Shown piece by piece: positions 33,101 to 38,364 of a stretch of 38,364 bases of DNA. The notes beneath the pieces were generated by a model. It was not told where the DNA came from, made no database searches, and worked only from the letters and a program-made list of their open reading frames with translations. Positions within the stretch are counted from its first letter, which is position 1; every line of letters starts with the position of its first letter. Source of the stretch: Nemertoderma westbladi (taxonomy: Eukaryota; Animalia; Xenacoelomorpha); NCBI GenBank assembly GCA_032718475.1, contig JAUCBJ010003411.1, positions 1-38,364 of the forward strand, read 5' to 3'. A program made the position numbers and the translations under genes.

Positions 33101-36100
33101 TGCTCTACTCTCCGTTGCTCTACTCCCCGTTGCTCTACTCCCCGTTGCTCTACTCTCCGTTGCTCTACTCCCCGTTGCTCTACTCCCCGTTGCTCTACTC
33201 TCCGTTGCTCTACTCTCCGTTGCTCTACTCCCCGTTGCTCTACTCCCCGTTGCTCTACTCTCCGTTGCTCTACTCCCCGTTGCTCTACTCCCCGTTGCTC
33301 TACTCTCCGTTGCTCTACTCCCCGTTGCTCTACTCCCCGTTGCTCTACTCCCCGTTGCTCTACTCCCCGTTGCTCTACTCTCCGTTGCTCTACTCTCCGT
33401 TGCTCTACTCCCCGTTGCTCTACTCCCCGTTGCTCTACTCTCCGTTGCTCTACTCCCCGTTGTGCTCTACTCCCCGTTGCTCTACTCTCCGTTGCTCTAC
33501 TCCCCGTTGCTCTACTCCCCGTTGCTCTACTCTCCGTTGCTCTACTCTCCGTTGCTCTACTCCCCGTTGCTCTACTCCCCGTTGCTCTACTCTCCGTTGC
33601 TCTACTCCCCGTGTTGCTCTACTCCCCGTTGCTCTACTCCCCGTTGCTCTACTCCCCGTTGCTCTACTCTCCGTTGCTCTACTCTCCGTTGCTCTACTCC
33701 CCGTTGCTCTACTCCCCGTTGCTCTACTCTCCGTTGCTCTACTCCCCGTGTTGCTCTACTCCCCGTTGCTCTACTCTCCGTTGCTCTACTCCCCGTTGCT
33801 CTACTCCCCGTTGCTCTACTCTCCGTTGCTCTACTCCCCGTTGCTCTACTCCCCGTTGCTCTACTCCCCGTTGCTCTACTCTCCGTTGCTCTACTCCCCG
33901 TTGCTCTACTCCCCGTTGCTCTACTCCCCGTTGCTCTACTCTCCGTTGCTCTACTCCCCGTTGCTCTACTCCCCGTTGCTCTACTCTCCGTTGCTCTACT
34001 CCCCGTTGCTCTACTCCCCGTTGCTCTACTCCCCGTTGCTCTACTCCCCGTTGCTCTACTCTCCGTTGCTCTACTCCCCGTTTGCTCTACTCCCCGTTGC
34101 TCTACTCTCCGTTGCTCTACTCCCCGTTGCTCTACTCCCCGTTGCTCTACTCCCCGTTGCTCTACTCCCCGTTGCTCTACTCCCCGTTGCTCTACTCCCC
34201 GTTGCTCTACTCCCCGTTGCTCTACTCCCCGTTGCTCTACTCCCCGTTGCTCTACTCCCCGTTGCTCTACTCCCCGTTGCTCTACTCCCCGTTGCTCTAC
34301 TCCCCGTTGCTCTACTCCCCGTTGCTCTACTCCCCGTTGCTCTACTCCCCGTTGCTCTACTCCCCGTTGCTCTACTCCCCGTTGCTCTACTCCCCGTTGC
34401 TCTACTCCCCGTTGCTCTACTCCCCGTTGCTCTACTCCCCGTTGCTCTACTCCCCGTTGCTCTACTCCCCGTTGCTCTACTCCCCGTTGCTCTACTCCCC
34501 GTTGCTCTACTCCCCGTTGCTCTACTCCCCGTTGCTCTACTCCCCGTTGCTCTACTCCCCGTTGCTCTACTCCCCGTTGCTCTACTCCCCGTTGCTCTAC
34601 TCCCCGTTGTGCTCTACTCCCCGTTGCTCTACTCCCCGTTGCTCTACTCCCCGTTGCTCTACTCTCCGTTGCTCTACTCCCCGTTGCTCTACTCCCCGTT
34701 GCTCTACTCCCCGTTGCTCTACTCCCGTTGCTCTACTCCCCGTTGCTCTACTCCCCGTTGCTCTACTCCCCGTTGCTCTACTCTCCGTTGCTCTACTCCC
34801 CGTTGCTCTACTCCCCGTTGCTCTACTCCCGTTGCTCTACTCTCCGTTGCTCTACTCCCCGTTGCTCTACTCCCCGTTGCTCTACTCCCCGTTGCTCTAC
34901 TCCCCGTTGCTCTACTCCCCGTTGCTCTACTCCCCGTTGCTCTACTCCCCGTTGCTCTACTCTCCGTTGCTCTACTCCCCGTTGCTCTACTCCCCGTTGC
35001 TCTACTCTCCGTTGCTCTACTCCCCGTGTTGCTCTACTCCCCGTTGCTCTACTCCCCGTTGCTCTACTCCCCGTTGCTCTACTCCCCGTTGCTCTACTCC
35101 CCGTTGCTCTACTCTCCGTTGCTCTACTCCCCGGTTGCTCTACTCCCCGTTGCTCTACTCCCCGTTGCTCTACTCCCCGTTGCTCTACTCTCCGTTGCTC
35201 TACTCCCCGTTGCTCTACTCCCCGTTGCTCTACTCCCCGTTGCTCTACTCTCCGTTGCTCTACTCCCCGTGTGCTCTACTCCCCGTTGCTCTACTCCCCG
35301 TTGCTCTACTCCCCGTTGCTCTACTCCCCGTTGCTCTACTCCCCGTTGCTCTACTCCCCGTTGCTCTACTCCCCGTTGTTGCTCTACTCCCCGTTGCTCT
35401 ACTCCCCGTTGCTCTACTCCCCGTTGCTCTACTCCCCGTTGCTCTACTCCCCGTTGCTCTACTCCCCGTTGCTCTACTCCCCGTTGCTCTACTCCCCGTT
35501 GCTCTACTCCCCGTTGCTCTACTCCCCGTTGCTCTACTCCCCGTTGCTCTACTCCCCGTTGCTCTACTCCCCGTTGCTCTACTCTCCGTTGCTCTACTCT
35601 CCGTTGCTCTACTCCCCGTTGCTCTACTCCCCGTTGCTCTACTCTCCGTTGCTCTACTCCCCGTGTGCTCTACTCCCCGTTGCTCTACTCCCCGTTGCTC
35701 TACTCCCGTTGCTCTACTCCCCGTTGCTCTACTCCCCGTTGCTCTACTCCCGTTGCTCTACTCTCCGTTGCTCTACTCCCCGTTGCTCTACTCCCCGTTG
35801 CTCTACTCCCCGTTGCTCTACTCCCCGTTGCTCTACTCCCCGTTGCTCTACTCTCCGTTGCTCTACTCCCCGTTGCTCTACTCCCCGTTGCTCTACTCCC
35901 CGTTGCTCTACTCCCCGTTGCTCTACTCCCCGTTGCTCTACTCTCCGTTGCTCTACTCTCCGTTGCTCTACTCCCCGTTGCTCTACTCCCCGTTGCTCTA
36001 CTCCCCGTTGCTCTACTCTCCGTTGCTCTACTCCCCGTTGCTCTACTCCCCGTTGCTCTACTCCCCGTTGCTCTACTCTCCGTTGCTCTACTCCCCGTTG

Positions 36101-38364
36101 CTCTACTCCCCGTTGCTCTACTCCCCGTTGCTCTACTCCCGTTGCTCTACTCCCCGTTGCTCTACTCCCCGTTGCTCTACTCTCCGTTGCTCTACTCCCC
36201 GTTGCTCTACTCCCCGTTGCTCTACTCTCCGTTGCTCTACTCTCCGTTGCTCTACTCCCCGTTGCTCTACTCCCCGTTGCTCTACTCCCCGTTGCTCTAC
36301 TCCCCGTTGCTCTACTCCCCGTTGCTCTACTCTCCGTTGCTCTACTCTCCGTTGCTCTACTCTCCGTTGCTCTACTCCCCGTTGCTCTACTCCCCGTTGC
36401 TCTACTCTCCGTTGCTCTACTCCCCGTTGCTCTACTCCCCGTTGCTCTACTCCCCGTTGCTCTACTCCCCGTTGCTCTACTCCCCGTTGCTCTACTCCCC
36501 GTTGCTCTACTCCCGTTGCTCTACTCTCCGTTGCTCTACTCTCCGTTGCTCTACTCCCCGTTGCTCTACTCCCCGTTGCTCTACTCCCCGTTGCTCTACT
36601 CCCCGTTGCTCTACTCCCCGTTGCTCTACTCCCCGTTGCTCTACTCCCCGTTGCTCTACTCCCGTTGCTCTACTCTCCGTTGCTCTACTCCCCGTTGCTC
36701 TACTCTCCGTTGCTCTACTCCCGTTGCTCTACTCCCCGTTGCTCTACTCCCCGTTGCTCTACTCTCCGTTGCTCTACTCCCCGTTGCTCTACTCCCGTTG
36801 CTCTACTCTCCGTTGCTCTACTCCCCGTTGCTCTACTCCCCGTTGCTCTACTCTCCGTTGCTCTACTCCCCGTTGCTCTACTCTCCGTTGCTCTACTCCC
36901 CGTTGCTCTACCGCTCTACTCCCCGTTGCTCTACTCTCCGTTGCTCTACTCCCCGTTGCTCTACTCCCCGTTGCTCTACTCCCCGTTGCTCTACTCCCCG
37001 TTGCTCTACTCCCCGTTGCTCTACTCTCCGTTGCTCTACTCCCCGTTGCTCTACTCCCCGTTGCTCTACTCTCCGTTGCTCTACTCCCGTTGCTCTACTC
37101 CCCGTTGCTCTACTCCCCGTTGCTCTACTCCCCGTTGCTCTACTCCCCGTTGCTCTACTCCCCGTTGCTCTACTCCCCGTTGCTCTACTCCCCGTTGCTC
37201 TACTCCCCGTTGCTCTACTCCCCGTTGCTCTACTCCCCGTTGCTCTACTCTCCGTTGCTCTACTCCCCGTTGCTCTACTCCCCGTTGCTCTACTCCCCGT
37301 TGCTCTACTCCCCGTTGCTCTACTCTCCGTTGCTCTACTCCCCGTTGCTCTACTCCCCGTTGCTCTACTCCCCGTTGCTCTACTCCCCGTTGCTCTACTC
37401 CCCGTTGCTCTACTCCCCGTTGCTCTACTCCCGTTGCTCTACTCCCCGTTGCTCTACTCCCGTTGCTCTACTCTCCGTTGCTCTACTCCCCGTTGCTCTA
37501 CTCCCCGTTGCTCTACTCCCCGTTGCTCTACTCCCCGTTGCTCTACTCCCCGTTGCTCTACTCCCCGTTGCTCTACTCCCCGTTGCTCTACTCTCCGTTG
37601 CTCTACTCCCCGTTGTTGCTCTACTCCCCGTTGCTCTACTCCCCGTTGCTCTACTCCCCGTTGCTCTACTCCCCGTTGCTCTACTCCCCGTTGCTCTACT
37701 CTCCGTTGCTCTACTCTCCGTTGCTCTACTCCCCGTTGCTCTACTCCCCGTTGCTCTACTCCCCGTTGCTCTACTCCCCGTTGCTCTACTCCCCGTTGCT
37801 CTACTCCCCGTTGCTCTACTCCCCGTTGCTCTACTCTCCGTTGCTCTACTCCCCGTTGCTCTACTCCCCGTTGCTCTACTCCCCGTTGCTCTACTCCCCG
37901 TTGCTCTACTCCCCGTTGCTCTACTCCCGTTGCTCTACTCCCCGTTGCTCTACTCCCCGTTGCTCTACTCCCCGTTGCTCTACTCCCCGTTGCTCTACTC
38001 CCCGTTGCTCTACTCCCCGTTGCTCTACTCCCCGTTGCTCTACTCCCCGTTGTTGCTCTACTCCCCGTTGCTCTACTCCCCGTTGCTCTACTCCCCGTTG
38101 CTCTACTCCCCGTTGCTCTACTCCCCGTTGCTCTACTCCCCGTTGCTCTACTCCCCGTTGCTCTACTCCCCGTTGCTCTACTCCCCGTTGCTCTACTCCC
38201 CGTTGCTCTACTCCCCGTTGCTCTACTCCCCGTTGCTCTACTCCCCGTTGCTCTACTCCCGTTGCTCTACTCCCCGTTGCTCTACTCCCCGTTGCTCTAC
38301 TCCCCGTTGCTCTACTCCCCGTTGCTCTACTCCCCGTTGCTCTACTCCCCGTTGCTCTACTCCC
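21105..38364. repeat. Satellite D: 15-bp monomer CTCCCCGTTGCTCTA with an 18-bp (+TTG) variant; more than 1,100 copies, open at window end
   Basis: Continuous tandem array of more than 17 kb, pyrimidine-rich on the + strand. Variants include CTCTCC, GTTACT, CCCATT, CTACCC and TATTCC. Confidence 0.99.

Noticed and set aside
30540-38364. Increasing 1-bp deletions (CTCCCG, GTGTTG, TGTGCT) in satellite D as a 14-bp subfamily
   Set aside because: They are scattered homopolymer-type indels, more consistent with low-coverage long-read consensus error, and cannot be treated as biological without reads.

Overview
Eukaryotic (animal-like) genomic window that is about 85% tandem repeat. It holds six distinct satellite or minisatellite arrays: 55/50 bp (1-12458), 38 bp (13497-15524), 11 bp (16195-16548), 70/68 bp (17762-20136), 29 bp (20937-21108) and 15/18 bp (21105 to window end). 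The 55-bp array is interrupted by a young, 5'-truncated RTE-clade non-LTR retrotransposon with an intact RT frame, a (TAG)n tail and an 18-bp target-site duplication. Two more fragments of this RTE family are present: about 97% identical and inverted at 16655-16914, and an old relic at about 12456-12551. There is also a 3' fragment of a second, RTE-X-like LINE (17039-17760, minus) and a 32-bp hAT-type mini-element with perfect TIRs and an 8-bp TSD (16582-16613). The one convincing host-gene signal is a minus-strand exon at 20418-20605. It encodes an N-terminal extension plus globin A/B helices (globin X-like) and ends exactly at the conserved B12.2 intron position. No convincing exon 2 was found, so the left 20 kb of repeats is probably intron 1 of this globin, and the >17 kb 15-bp satellite starts about 500 bp upstream of its ATG. 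The long repetitive ORFs in the ORF track are satellite artefacts. I see no CRISPR array or prokaryotic system, and I cannot support a wholly new multi-gene system from this window.
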